A DNA stretch of 63,396 bases, filler included, from Octopus bimaculoides (taxonomy: Eukaryota), in the NCBI RefSeq assembly GCF_001194135.2. It is 6 parts of 5 records of this genome, joined end to end, with 100 filler letters (N's around TTAATTAATTAA, not from the genome) between each part and the next. Parts side by side here need not be neighbours in the genome. Positions count along the whole stretch, not along the records: positions 1 to 31,999 come from NC_068983.1; positions 32,100 to 44,643 come from NC_068981.1; 4 more parts are not named here. One strand, written 5' to 3'. This document shows positions 25,289-38,514 of the stretch, piece by piece (the stretch's first letter is position 1; the number at the start of each line of letters is the position of its first letter). Both the position numbers and the translations under genes were made by a program. Below the pieces are notes generated by a model. That model searched no databases. It saw only the letters and a list, made by a program, of their open reading frames with translations, and was not told where the DNA came from.

Positions 25289-26723
25289 GCATATTCACGC
25301 ACGCACACACACACAATTTCAAACGAATATATATATGCATATGTAAATGTGTATTTGTGCACATTTGCAGAAATGTATGTACAGAATATTTAGGTATTTC
25401 CATTGACAATAAATAATGTTAAATTGTAGTTTTGAATATTAAAGTTACAGGCCTCTAACTCACTCTCCACAACGAAACCTGATCCTTTAGATTAAGGTAC
25501 AATTACCCTTGTTAATGTTTTAGTGTGTCAGCTTTCATATGAAGAAGTCAACAAGGAAATTCTACAGAAAGAATGGCCGAATTACCTGATAATATAACAT
25601 TTGGAGAAGATTCGAATAGCATTTACAAGCCACCATGGTATTCTCACATTTGTGTTTGAAACACCACATCTATCATCTGCCGAGTCAAAGTGTAGCTATC
25701 AATTCAAGAGAAGAAGCAAAGGAGCACCTATCATCTCGTTAAAGCTCACAGAAGCATAGTTTCGTTCATCGAAGGCTGCTTAGAGACAGATTTATCGTGA
25801 TGGCACACTATCACGAAACCATAAATATCTGCATGAGAGACGAATGATGAGAGATGCAGTCATTCTTTATCGAAGCAAACCTCATAAAAACAATGGAATA
25901 TATTCGTCAGATGGAGAGGAAAGATGTAACTAAAGAATTTTGGCTCTTTCTCTAAAGTAAAGAACTTATTTAGATTAGAATCTATTCTTTCATTCATTGA
26001 TTTTATTTCAGGAAAATATTTTCGACATTTTTTTAAACAAATACTAACGTTAGTATTTTCACTGCTAAATTACGAAAACATTTGTTACAGTTACAACAGA
26101 TCTGTAGAAATAAGGGAATTCACTCCAGGTCTCACAGTTTGAAGGATCGCCAATATTCCAATATCCACCAAAACCTTGAAAGAAATAGAAAATCAGGTAA
26201 CTACATATGATATAGAGATAATTATATATCTTGTTAATGTAGAATAGTGATTTTGTGTAGACAAGAATATACTGGACAAACGAGAATATAAAGGACAGTA
26301 TACAGTTTTATTTACTATTTCACTACATCAATAATTGAACTCCAGTCTGGGTAGATTTTATTAACGTTGAATGCGGTTTTCATTAAATAATTAGCTGTTA
26401 AAGAGGTCAAATTGTGCTGCTAATTCGCGATAGAATCACTCCCAGAGGAAAATAGTCTTGTGTCTAGAGAAAATGTTTACACTTGTATGCATCTTTATTA
26501 TAGATAAATTTTTCCAAGTCTTTACCTTCTGAATCGAAAACGCGACGAAATCAACTTCACATTTCATTCTTTACTGTCAGGTTTGTATCTTCATTGTAAG
26601 ATTTGACTTTGGAGCATATATTTTTTCTTGTACAAATCTTCTGTTAGATTTGGAAGCAAAAATCCTATGTATTAGAAATTTGGTTTGCTAATAATATATA
26701 TATACATACATACATATACATAG

Positions 26724-26755
<32 letters not shown>

Positions 26756-27169
26756 TTTAGATAACTGCTTCGATCATCAGGGAGAGTCAGAAGAGGTTAG
26801 ATTTTGCTTACTTTATGCACTATACGCTGGATATATAATTTACTTTATACACTATTCTCTGGACATCTAATAATCTTCTTTAACACCGTTTTCAACCGAA
26901 CCCTTATTAGTAAGTAGGACTATATCTTTCAATATGTTTATATATTTCTCATATTTTTATAGATCTGCATAATTTCTCGTACATAAATGTCTATTATAGT
27001 TTTTATATTTTTGGTGTATATGTAATTTTGAAATTTTTAGTATTGTTTCGATATTGAACTTTTTGATGAGAGATGCATTAAATATATTATAATACTCTTT
27101 TTGGATCGGTTTATATTGCAATGCTTTTAAATTGTCGAANNNNNNNNNNGTGTGTGTGTGTGTGTGTGT

Positions 27170-27730
27170 GTGTGCAAACAAACAAAAATACCCTGTTGTT
27201 GATGTTGAAATTCCAGTGAAAGTGCCTTGGATCTAGGTTAGAAACCGGTTCTTTCTTTGTTGGCAAGAAATTTTGAAATATATGACAAACATACGAGTAC
27301 TGGTGGGATATCCCAGTGAAAACCTCAATAAAATATAAACATAATATACTTGACAGTGATTTAGGACAGAGGAGAGAAACTGTGGAGAGAAACTGTGGAG
27401 AGAAACTGTGGAGAGAAACTGTGCGAAGCGGATGTTAATAAAAAAGCTAAAGCTCAGCGAAAAAGAAACGCACAGCTATTGAAAAATTTACAGTTACTCT
27501 ACACAAATTAGAAGTTCAGGTTTATACCTGTAATTATTGAGGTACTGAGGATATGTAACACACTTCCTAATTGCCAATCTTGAGAAATCAGGCTTCTCAA
27601 GACCAGGAAGGAATAAGCTGATTCGAAAACTACAGGTCCAAGTCACCGCTGGAACTGTGAATCTTTGGATCTAGGTTAGAAACCGGTTCTTTCTCTATTA
27701 GCAAGAGATCTTGAAATAAAACTGAATTAT
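27170..27730 (+). mobile_element. 3' fragments of a further R4/Dong-like family: 3' UTR, RLE C-terminus, 3' UTR again
   Basis: AQLLKNLQLLY...FRFIPVII at about 27470-27540. Block TTGGATCTAGGTTAGAAACCGGTTCTTTCT occurs at about 27223 and 27666. A 13-bp unit GGAGAGAAACTGT is repeated 4 times at 27371-27422. Confidence 0.65.
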
Positions 27731-27927
27731 GACATGCAGGTATGCAAGTGATTCTTCAAGTGTCTCTGTTCGTATGTTTATACCTTATGTATACGTATAA
27801 CATAAACTAATGGGTTTCTTCTATTGTGTTTATAACGAAAAAACTAGTACGTTCTATGTGTACATATGTAAATGCATATTTGTGAGAGTGTGTATGTATG
27901 TATGTATGTATGTATGCATGTATGTAT

Positions 27928-27966
<39 letters not shown>

Positions 27967-27970
27967 ATCC

Positions 27971-28135
27971 ATAGGCGCAACGGTGGCTGTGTGGTAAGAA
28001 GGTTGCTAACCACATGGTTCCGAGCTCAATCCCACCGCGTGGCACCTTGGGCAAGTGTCTTCTACTATAACCTCGGACCGACCAAAGCTTTGTGAGTGAA
28101 TTTGGTACACGGAAACAGAAAGAAGCCCGTCGTAT
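27971..28135 (+). mobile_element. SINE head B (tRNA-derived plus CORE-like), running into microsatellite
   Basis: GGCTGTGTGGTAAG...GCGTGGCACCTTGGGCAAGTGTCTTCTAC...GAAGCCCGTCG; same family as 41313-41472. Confidence 0.85.
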
Positions 28136-28159
28136 GTGTGTGTGAGCGAGAGAGAGAGA

Positions 28160-28207
<48 letters not shown>

Positions 28208-28388
28208 GTGTGTGCATATATATATATATATATATGTGTGTGTATATGTATATATATGTGTGTGTATATGTATATATATGNNNNNNNNNNNNNNNNNNNN
28301 NNNNNNNNNNNNNNNNNNNNNNNNNNNNNNNNNNNNNNNNNNNNNNNNNNNNNNNNNNNNNNNNNNNNNNNNNNNNNNNNNNNNNNNN

Positions 28389-28419
<31 letters not shown>

Positions 28420-28478
28420 TTATGAGTGTGACTTTGTGTATGGGGAGAATCATATTGCTTTAACATCTAATGCCGTTT

Positions 28479-28683
28479 AAGGCGGTGAACTGGCAGAAGC
28501 GGTGTCATGCTTAGCAGTATGTCGTCCGTTTTTTATGTTCTGAGTTCAAATTCCACCGTGGTCGGTTTTACTTTTCATCCTTTCGGGGTCGATGAATTAA
28601 GAACAAGTTACGTACTGGGGTCGATCTAATCGACTGGCGCCTTCCTCAAAAATTTCGGGCCTTGTGCTTAGAGTTGAAAGCAA
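28479..28683 (+). mobile_element. Family C SINE
   Basis: AAGGCGGTGAACTGGCAGAA head; TTTCATCCTTTCGGGGTCGAT core. Confidence 0.85.
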
Positions 28684-29016
28684 TATCTAACATACTCACT
28701 GGTTCAATTCCCACTCATTTATTTATTATTTTTTGTGTGTGTGTCTTCCAAAAATTTTCGTTTCTCTTGAAACCTTGTCAATGCATGTCTACTCTGTCGG
28801 TTATCGGAACTGCCTTCCTTTTGTCTGGTTTAGACTCTATTGCCTACGTGTGTGTGCGCGCCAGCGTGCATGTATGCTTGCGTATGCAAATACGTATGTA
28901 TGCATGTATGTATGTATACGCATGCGTGCGTGTATGTATGTATGCATGTGTGTACCTACGGTTGTATGTATTCTGCGTATTTATGTTTGTGTGTGCATAT
29001 GTACACAGGCGCGCAT

Positions 29017-29050
<34 letters not shown>

Positions 29051-30383
29051 GCGCGCGCGCACACACACACGCACACACACACACACACACACGGCTTAAT
29101 ATGGCTAATATTATGCAGAAAGCGACCAGAAATTTTATGACTTTAGGAAGAACAGTCATAACAACACGTGGACATTCAATTCTCTTGATAAACTAACTAA
29201 ATATTATAATAACTTGTGTAAGGAAGGAATTCTGTTCCATTTATCACCCACCATTTCATTTCTTTTCTCACTATTTCCATTTCTTTCCCTCCCCGTTCTC
29301 TCTCTCTCTCTCCTCTTTCTCTCTCTCTCTCCCCTCGTCTCTCTCTCCCCTCGTCTCTCTCTCCCCCTCTCTCTCTATATCTTCGGTCTCTCTTTCTTTC
29401 TCTCTTTAACAACATGTTCCTCTTTTTTCTCTCTTAATCTCCACTTCATCTCTCCCGCCATTTCCTCTATAGTGCTATAATGGTCCTGACGTTGTTCCCG
29501 GTGGATCTAAACCACTCTAAGACCAGTCATCCTTGGCTAGCCCTCACTCTTCTCTACCTGTCATGACAGCTTTGTACGGAATTAGATTTTATCGCTTGAT
29601 AACTACTGTCATTTTTGTTCTCGACTTGTTCCGCTTGACCAGTTCAAATCGACCACAAACGCCACCTTGAAGCGGCCGTCAGAGCATTTGTTCATTCAGC
29701 CAGTAGACATGACAGTGATTTGCATATCCGGCTGCTAACTTGTGTGTTTTGATGGATGTCGCTTTTATACAGCAGGTTTTTGATTAGAACAGTAATGGCG
29801 TCTGTAATCACGACATCTGAACACACTAACATCTCCTTTCTCGCACACCCAATCTCCCTCTCTCTTTTAAGTAGTGTTCTCTCTTTTCCTGTCACGATTT
29901 CTCGATCTCTCTTCTCTCTTCCTGTCTCTGTCGATATCTCTCCGTGTTTTTCTCTTTCTCTTTCTCTCTTTGTCTCCTACACTTGTTTTCTATTTATTCT
30001 CCATGTCTTTTCTGTCTATCACCTGAATTCTTTCTCTTTATCTCTGTCTCTCCCTCTCTGTCTAACTATCTCCATCTCTCTTACACTCGCATACACTCAG
30101 ACAATTCCTATTATCTCAGCCTTACCATCTCCCGTTTATCTCCCTCACTTACTCCTTTCTCTTCTTTTTTTTCTCCTGATTTCTTATTCTTTCCTCCTTT
30201 TTCATTTTATCTTATACTTTTCAATATTCTCTTACGCACATTCTCTCTCTCTCTTTCTCTGTCGTCCTCTCCTTCTCGCTCTCACTCGCTTTAGTGAACG
30301 TTCATCAATTCTATTTTAGAACATGATTCTTTGTCTTATTTAATTTTCTTGCCTTTTGTTCTTGTTACTATTATTACTGTGGC

Positions 30384-30613
30384 CATTAAAACAATGCATC
30401 ATCATCATCATCATCATCGGCTTCTTTTTCTCCTCCCCTCCTCCTCCTTCTTCTTCTCCTCCATCTTCTTCTTCTCTCTTCCTCTCCTCCTCCTCCTCCT
30501 CCTACGTCTTCTTCTTCCTCTTCTTCTCCTCCTCCTCCTCCTCCTCCTCCCATTCTTCTTCTTCTTCTTCTTCTTCTTCTTCTTCTTCTTCTTCTTCTTC
30601 TTCTTCTTCTTCA
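30384..30613. repeat. Compound (CAT)n/(CCT)n/(CTT)n microsatellite
   Basis: Read directly. It explains the poly-K/R/S/F ORFs. Confidence 0.9.
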
Positions 30614-30639
30614 GATGTAAATAATGTATATAATTCCTC

Positions 30640-31210
30640 ATCCCTTAAATATAGAAATGTACTACAGTGTCAGTTGGTCCCTACCAGTGAACTAAGGTAA
30701 CGCTCCTTATTTTTCGAGCACCATCCAAAGTATTCAAGCGGTTTCAAGCAGTGTGGTTTTCTGCAAGTGCTCCACACTCATTGCAGCCCCTATTTGTTCC
30801 ATGTACTTCTCAAGAATTTTACTCACTGTTCCCAGTGCTCCGACAATCATTGGTACATCTGATGCTTTTTCCAGCGCCCACAACTGCTTAAACTCCCAAG
30901 CTAACCCGTCATACCTATCGACTTTTCTTTCTTCCTTATCGCATACCTTGTTGTCAGCTGGGCATGCTATATCTATGATCCAGCATCGTTTGCTTTCTTT
31001 CTCACTTAACATTATGTCTGGTTTCCTATTCTCTATCTCATGGTCGCACTGAATCATAAAATCCCATAGGATCTTTGCATTCTCATTTTCGATGATGCCT
31101 TCGGGTTGATGTTCGTACCACTTTTTTGCTCTGCCAAGTCGGTACTTGCTGCAAAGTGTCCAATGGACAATACATGCTATGTTGCCATGACACCTCTTAT
31201 ATTCAACACA
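30640..31210 (-). mobile_element. R4/Dong-like LINE 3' end (RLE domain)
   Basis: YKRCHGNIACIVHWTLCSKY...KWYEHQPE...LWDF...RKPDIMLSEKE...IDIACPAD...VEHLQKTTLLETA. Confidence 0.9.
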
Positions 31211-31797
31211 AATAATGAAGGGATACAAGCCGAATAGGTTATTCAGAATATATCAGAAGAGATTCTACATAGAAATAAATGGAGAGTGTACAAATGAAAA
31301 TTTGATACCAGATAACAATCAAAGTCAAATGTTTTGGAGTGACATCTGGAGCAAAGACACAGAGTATAATAAGGATGCTGGATAGTTGCAAGAACTAAAA
31401 CAAACAGGATGAATATCATGCACGAATAGCTGCGTAACTCAACACCTTGTTGAATGACAATCAAGTAACACCAGAGTAGTTGACAATAGGTAGGACTTTG
31501 TTGTGTTTGAAAAACATTCGAAAAGGCAATACGATAGACAATTATAAGCCGATATCCTGTTTGCCACCTTTGTGGAAATTAATGATTAGAATAGTCGCAG
31601 AGTCAATATACGGACAAAAATGGAGTCTTGCCGCATGAGCAGAAGGGGTGCAAGCGTAAGTGCAGAGGTACCAGGGACCAACTTTTGGTAGACAAAACTG
31701 TACTTACAGACTGAAAGAGGAGGACAAATACCTTAGCCATGTCATGGATCGATTATCGTAAGGCATACGATATGATCCCATATTCTTCGATTATGGA

Positions 31798-31800
<3 letters not shown>
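31211..31800 (+). mobile_element. R4/Dong-like LINE segment upstream of and within RT, inverted relative to 30640-31210
   Basis: NRLFRIYQKRFYIEING...[50 protein letters not shown]. The last part overlaps sequence at 58790-59046. Confidence 0.85.
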
Positions 31801-31834
<34 letters not shown>

Positions 31835-31838
<4 letters not shown>

Positions 31839-31999
31839 CAATGTTAATTCTCTAAATGAAGTATTAACAGTAACTGCACGATAAAGTGTAGTATATTGCC
31901 ACTTAAGTGTGGCTGACCCCTAGGGGTGGATGTTACTGTTGCTTTTAGCCCCAGGAGGACATCTCCTCCAGCTGGCTTATCGACACACGACTGTGTCCT
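31835..31999. repeat. Hairpin-rich dispersed repeat, copy 1 (cut by assembly spacer)
   Basis: Collinear and highly similar to 52405 onward (TAAGCAATGTTAA...GTATTAACAGTAACTGCACGA...CTGTGTCCT). Confidence 0.85.
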
Positions 32000-32099
32000 N
32001 NNNNNNNNNNNNNNNNNNNNNNNNNNNNNNNNNNNNNNNNNNNTTAATTAATTAANNNNNNNNNNNNNNNNNNNNNNNNNNNNNNNNNNNNNNNNNNNN
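32000..32099. other. Artificial 100-bp assembly spacer N44-TTAATTAATTAA-N44
   Basis: N 32000-32043, linker 32044-32055 (stop codons in all six frames), N 32056-32099. Confidence 0.93.
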
Positions 32100-32109
32100 T
32101 GTGTGTGTG

Positions 32110-32330
32110 TGTGTGTGTGTCCGTGTTTGACCCCCAACATCACTCGACAACTGATTGTGGTGTTTTTATGTCCCCATAACTTAGCGGTTGGGCAAAAGAG
32201 ACCGATAGAATAAGTATTAGGCTGACAAAGAATAAGTCCTGGGATCGATTTGTTTGACTGAAGGCGGTGCTCCAGCATGGTCTCAGTCAAATGACTGCAA
32301 CGAATAAAAGAGTAAAAGAAAGAATAAAAG
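32110..32330 (+). mobile_element. SINE 3' module (tail Z) following (TG)n
   Basis: CCCC.TAACTTAGCGGTT.GGCAAAAGAGACCGATAGAATAAGTA...GGCGGTGCTCCAGCATGG...AAAAGAGTAAAAGA; homologous to the reverse complement of 43138-43320. Confidence 0.75.
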
Positions 32331-32347
32331 ATATATATATATGTATG

Positions 32348-32378
<31 letters not shown>

Positions 32379-32390
32379 GTNNNNNNNNNN

Positions 32391-32426
<36 letters not shown>

Positions 32427-33429
32427 GTGAATATAAATATATATTACATATATACACATGTTTGTATGTATACATGTATATGTGTGTGTGTGCATATATA
32501 TATATAGATATAGATATAGATTGATAGATGCACACACACAACAAACAAAACATGAACAAATACGAAATCATAGTCTATTTTGTATGTTTGTACGTGAGAA
32601 AATACACGTAAGTACTACAGAAAAATTAATATTCAATATTTTGTGCGCGTTGCTACGCTCATGTATATGACACTTTCATAATCAGTTCTAAAAGATATTA
32701 ACCATTATCACTGTCAACTATTTCGTCACACTGTAGATTATATAAAATACAGAATATTATCAAGTATTCTTGTCAACGACACGTTAACCCAAACCAAAAG
32801 TTTCCACTCAGACATTTGACACTAAATGAAAAATTAATGGTAATTCAAATCTGCACTAGTGCTGGAACGTTTGACAGACAAGTCTTTGGTAGTTCATTAC
32901 TCAGGGTCAAATATCTGATGGAATTATCTCTGCTGAAATACAACTCATCATCTTGTACAAGTGCACCAGAAGCGTGTCATATTACAAATTGTATTACATA
33001 TACATAAATATATACATACATACATACATACATACATAATACATATATGTGTGCTTGTGTGTGTACATCAATTCACACGCACATATATGACGAATGCACC
33101 GGAATTACAACTTAGAAATTACAGTTAACATTTTTCTTTCTTAAATAAAATAAATATGATAGATCCTGCAATTAATATTTGCCTGTTTTATTCACACTTC
33201 ACGTGAAAACAATCGTTGGTATATGTATGCGTAGACACACACACACGCGCACACACACGCGCACACGCACTCACACACACAATAGAACTGAAGTAAAACG
33301 AATTCATCCGTCTGTATGCCCTCGTCAGACTGGGACACACACTAATAACAAATGTTCATCTAATTCCGAAAGAACCATGATAGAACCCTAAATGATAAAA
33401 TCGATAAAGATGATGACACCAGTGCAACT

Positions 33430-35828
33430 AACTGTGTGGTCGTCAATGAAGACTAAGACGGGGATGAGAAGTCTAATAAAAGAAATGGCAGAAGTTTCCA
33501 AAAATGCCTTAAAGAACTACCAGTAGCAGAAACAAACTAAACCAAGAAACGTTAGCCATTACTCAAAATAGAAACAAAATCAGAGTAAGAGAGGCCCCTA
33601 GCAATGAAGATACGAAAAGAACAGGAAGGAGCAAAATGCTATGCACATAATTGATCCCTAAATATTACCTGCAAAGTATTTGCTGGCTTGACGACAATGG
33701 TACTAACACTCGTTTCATGCACCCAAAGATTTGTGCAGCTGCATCAGACAAAGGGACGGCTTCCTCTCATTATTAACAGGAATAACAGTGTCATCAAAGT
33801 GTCATCAAATTTTTACTCAAATGTATTAAAAAGCAATAGATGAACAATCTCTTTTGGCATGGTAAAAAACTATGGTGCGGCAGCTGACCTGGCTGCATGA
33901 AACTCAAAATCAGAGCCATGCCTACGAACGCAGGAGGCCACCGCAAAGAACATATCGACATCTGCACAATTGCCATACTAGTTCTTCCATTCAATGTCAC
34001 AGGTTTGTTACAACTTAGTAACAAAACTAACATTTTCTGCATGAAAATCCTTGTTGCACGCTATCAAGCTCTATGCACAACACACACTGAAATGTATCTA
34101 ACACCTTATATAGCAGACACAGAAATGCATAAACCAAAGTATGTTGCATTACGAACTGACCGGAAAGAAAGAAGTCGTGGTGGAGTTGCAATGTATATCT
34201 GTGAAGATCTCACGCCCCTAGTCTTGCTGTCATATTCAAACTAGGTTTGTGACTCACGAATAGCATATATAAGACAATCCGAAATAGTTATGTATCAGAT
34301 GTCGCCAGCGAGACGTTCCAAATCTTATGTATAATTTTGAAGGTTGCTTCATAAATAATATGGAACTCATCCATAATGTGGAAGTGGCACTGACGATACT
34401 CCCAAATCATAATATAGTAGAACTCACAATGGATGACCCATAGGAAATCGCAGATAAGCAGCCTATGGAAAGTAGTTGGCGCCTGAATCTGTTTAGTATG
34501 ATATTCCACAAATCACACTGGAAAGTAATAGAAAAAAAGGATCCTCAAACAAAATTGGCATAGATATCTCGTGAAACCTGAGATATGACGTTTAAGCAAT
34601 TCATGTCAGGAATACAAGTCGTATCCATAAAATTTGTCCCAGGGAGAAAGGCCAGCCTGTACAAGAGCAAAATTCCCAAAGAGAGAAAAGTTGCAAAACA
34701 AAGTTTGCAAGCCACCTAGATATACAGCTGAAAAAATAGCAAAAAGCCCGTCTAAAAGGGATATTGCTGGTGACTGGGTAAAATCTTCAATATTTTCATG
34801 AAAAAGAGAGAGCAGAAAAAGAAACCAGGGGTATAGAAAATATATAAACACAAAAGTTTTCTTTAAATTTGCTAAAGAAACAGTCTTATTGCATTGTAAA
34901 GTAGGGCTACTGTTTTGAAGAAAACGATTCCCTAACCCGAAATCTTAAAACGATAAATGAAATACTAAATGCACAATTCCAAAAACAAAAGGAAGTTTTC
35001 TTCTCTTTGGGACACGTGCTAGTGAACAAACCAGATGAGTTTTTGCCACTGTAACTGAACACAGGAAGGCAGCTACGATCAATTACGTTGACATAAAAGA
35101 TCTAATACTGGCCATACGTAGATGAAATAAACATCAACTCAGTTACAGGTCCTGATGAATTTTCGGTAATTTTTCTAAAAATATGCAAACGAATTCTAGC
35201 AAAAGCACTGCAAACTGTTTTCCTGAGCTGCCTTGCAAGTGCCAAACTTCCAGGCAAATTAAAGACTGGCATAATATACTCTATGCAAAAAGGCAGAAAC
35301 AGAGCAGCTGCTGAAACATATAAGCCTATCTCTCTGACCTCTCATTGATATGCAAAGTCAGGACATGCAAAAGTCATGAAAGTTGTCAGAAAGAAGCTAA
35401 TCACGTTCGTTGAAGGAAATGACTTGCTAACTGACAGCCAACATGGTTTTTCGGTCAGAAAATATTCGCCTGACACACCTCATACAACACTACAACTTAA
35501 TGTTAAATTGGGAGCGATAATGTTGACTGCTGATGGCTAATGTCCTCCAAAGGACCACCGTTGTTACCTTTTCTCTAGTTCTGAAAGTCCTTAACATTCA
35601 CACATGTAGATGTGGTACAACTCTATTTTGCGAAATCTTTCAATAAGTTCGATCTTGAAATGCTACGTCACAAACTACGTGATCGCGGCACACAAGGAAA
35701 GCTGGAGGAGTGGCTTTTAAAAGACAGAAGCCAGGGCCCATCTTTCAGGAAAAACTAATAGTGGGTGGGATACCATTGGGCATTGTTCCGGGGCCAGTAC
35801 TATTCATAGTAGTTCTATCGGACATGCC
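33430..35828 (+). mobile_element. Degenerate CR1-group LINE (ORF1 end, APE endonuclease, RT 5' half), truncated at a (CA)n tract
   Basis: RFMHPKIC; TEMYLTPYIADTEM...RTDRKERSRGGVAMYI (APE); GPDEF, YKPISLTSH, DSQHGF, YFAKSF (KAFD-like), GIPLGIVPGPVLF (RT). Confidence 0.85.
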
Positions 35829-35844
35829 ATAAAGTGCTTGCACA

Positions 35845-35885
<41 letters not shown>

Positions 35886-36109
35886 TTACACACACACACA
35901 CACATACACACACACACGTACACACACACTTACACAAACACCCCCCCCACACACACACATACACACACACAAACACACGCACGTACGCAGACGCACGCAC
36001 ACGCACACGGATAAACACACAGACAATCACACATCCATGAGTGCTCACAAAGTAAACTTAATCCCTTTCAGTAGTAATACTATACACTCATTACTCACAT
36101 AAATAATGA

Positions 36110-36370
36110 TGTGCCGTAGCGGAATGGCTAAGAAGATCGTTTATCAACCACGAGATCCTGAGTTAGATTCCAGTGCGAGGCATCTTAACCAAGTGTCTTT
36201 TACGGAAGCTTTTGAATGAAATACAGTAGCCGGAAACTGTTTGAAAGTCCGTTGGATGCACCGTACCCATAATTCAAAAGTCCAAACTTGTCATACACTA
36301 TGTTCTACTCATTCTGTCCGAAGATTACGTTGAATTTACACATGCCTATGACACACAATGAAACTTAGCA
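36110..36370 (+). mobile_element. Old SINE with head B joined to tail Y
   Basis: 5' part aligns with 41313-41472 (CAACCAC...CAAGTGTCTT...GGAAACTG). 3' part TAATTCAAAAG...CTTGTCA...TACGTT...TACAC aligns with 9205-9300. Confidence 0.6.
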
Positions 36371-36384
36371 ATATTTAAAATTTT

Positions 36385-36583
36385 AAGGCGGCGAGCTGGC
36401 AGAAAGGTTAGCACGTCGGGCGAAATGCTTAGCGGTATTTCGTCTGTCTCTACGTTCTGAGTTCAAATTCCGCCGAGGTCGACTTTGCCTTTCATCTTTT
36501 CGGAGTCGATAAATTAAAAACCTGTTGCGTACTGGGGTTCGATCTAATCGACTGGCCCCCTCCCCCAAAATTTCGAGCCTCGT
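36385..36583 (+). mobile_element. Family C SINE, CpG-intact
   Basis: AAGGCGGCGAGCTGGCAGAAAGGTTAGCACGTCGGGCGAAATGCTTAGCGG...GGTCGACTTTGCCTTTCATC. Confidence 0.9.
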
Positions 36584-36644
36584 TAAAATATTTAAATTAT
36601 TTCAGTACATTTATTATTTACGCTGTTTTGCACGCACATATACG

Positions 36645-36683
<39 letters not shown>

Positions 36684-37235
36684 GTGTGCGCGTATATATG
36701 CATGCATATATCTATTCATATATATACATACATACATATACGTATATATACTTTTCAGTTTCACCTATTTTTTGTACAATAGTTTATTGCTCAAAGAACA
36801 CAGTTAAAGCTCAGTGCAGAAATCATAAAGTATTATATGTGTGTGTGTGTATACGTATGTATCTTTATGTATGTATGTGTATGTATGTTTATATATGTAA
36901 GTATGTATGTATATACACACACACACACATATATAATGTTTCTCATTAGAACGATGTAAACATAAGCATGTATAGTTACATTTTTTTGCATACATATACA
37001 GTTACACATAACGAGTGTCAGTTCTACCTATATACTGTTGTTCATGCACTCGTAAGGTGTACCTTTACCTTCACACAATTCTCTTTATCCCTCTCTTTAC
37101 ACACATACCCATTCACACACACGTACACACATACACATACATGCGAGTATGAATGAGCTTATATGTATATGTGTGTGTGTATGTGTGTGTGTGCATGCGC
37201 AGGCGTGTACGTGTGTGCATGTATCTTTGTTTGTT

Positions 37236-37308
<73 letters not shown>

Positions 37309-38139
37309 CCCTCACAGTCTCGCGCATACATGCTAGAAAGAAAGAGTACACTCGCAGCCTCGTTGCTGCAGAGTCGTATATATTCAAAGCCGGATATTTG
37401 CTTTCAGCCTGTAGTTATCGTTATGCACCATTTCACTTCTACTGCAGATTTATGAGCATTCCTTTTTCTGGCAGCCAAATGACGGAGTGACTGGGCTACT
37501 GGTGTCAGAATCATGTTGTTCCTCTAAACATGAAATGCAGCAGAGATACTCTTACATTTTCTTCAACATTCTCTTTTTCATTCCATCTATTTCTCTCTAA
37601 ACTACTTTGTTTCATTCTATCTTCCTTCCTTCCTTCCTTTCTTTTTTTCTTTCTTTCTTTCTCTTCAAACTTTACAAGTGAAATATAACCCACAAAAACA
37701 ACCAGAATGTTATTGTGATAAATCACAATTTAGTCGAGTAAGATGGTCAAAGTTTGGTGCCACGTTAGCAAGATGACATGCATCCAATATAGAAATAATT
37801 GCTTCGGTGTTTTCCGCCTGACTACAACCTCAACCACAATGATGCCATCACCACCACCACCAACAACAATAACAAATACACCGATACCGTATTCAAAAGT
37901 CTTTTTACATTATAAAAGTTTTTGTCAACACGGACATTTTGCGTCATAATATTAAGTGAACTCATTAATTCATTTAGTGACACTGATGCAGTAAGCGCCG
38001 ACTTGCCAGAATTAAAGGGCAGCGGGGCTCTTAGAATAACAAGATAAAAAGAACGATGATGTCGCTAAAGGAAAAAAACAAATGAAAAACTATAAGAATC
38101 TTATCATGTGCAGACGAACTGTATAAGAGTTCAAATATG

Positions 38140-38275
38140 ATAGTGGTGAGGAAAAGAACTCAATACCAGAGTTTGACCGGCCGCTATGTGTTCGTACCGG
38201 TAGCTGTCGAGACCTCAGGAGCTCTCGAACCCCGCACTGCTGATTTCCTCTGCAGATTTCAACATGGAGAATTAT
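38140..38275 (+). mobile_element. CRE-like RLE non-LTR retrotransposon C-terminal fragment
   Basis: YQSLTGRYVFVPVAVETSGALEPRTADFL matches the KYxxL...FVPxAVETxG motif at the end of CRE-type RLE domains. Confidence 0.65.
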
Positions 38276-38514
38276 TTTTGATTTGCAAAAGCATTTGTGT
38301 TCTTTTTTTGGGGTGGGGTGGGGGGAACATTACAAGAACTAGTAAATATATAAATTGCAATAATCATCACTTCCTCTCACCTACTTCTCCGATTTTTATT
38401 TCGTTTTTCAAACTACTAAAATCTGTTGGGATTAACGGAGAATCTTGCCTTTCACAGTATAGAAACATTTCGTGGCACCAACAGACAAAATGGAAAAGGC
38501 TAGCGAAGGAGATG

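Noticed and set aside
26091-26197. AG...GT-bounded open frame (LQQICRNKG...) as an exon
   Set aside because: No recognisable homology and no compatible neighbouring exons.
26957-27140. AT-rich ORF as a third Penelope-like fragment
   Set aside because: No diagnostic motif; the resemblance is compositional only.
23419-27422. CRISPR-like arrays (26-bp and 13-bp repeats)
   Set aside because: Units are directly adjacent with no unique spacers, in a eukaryotic context with no cas genes.
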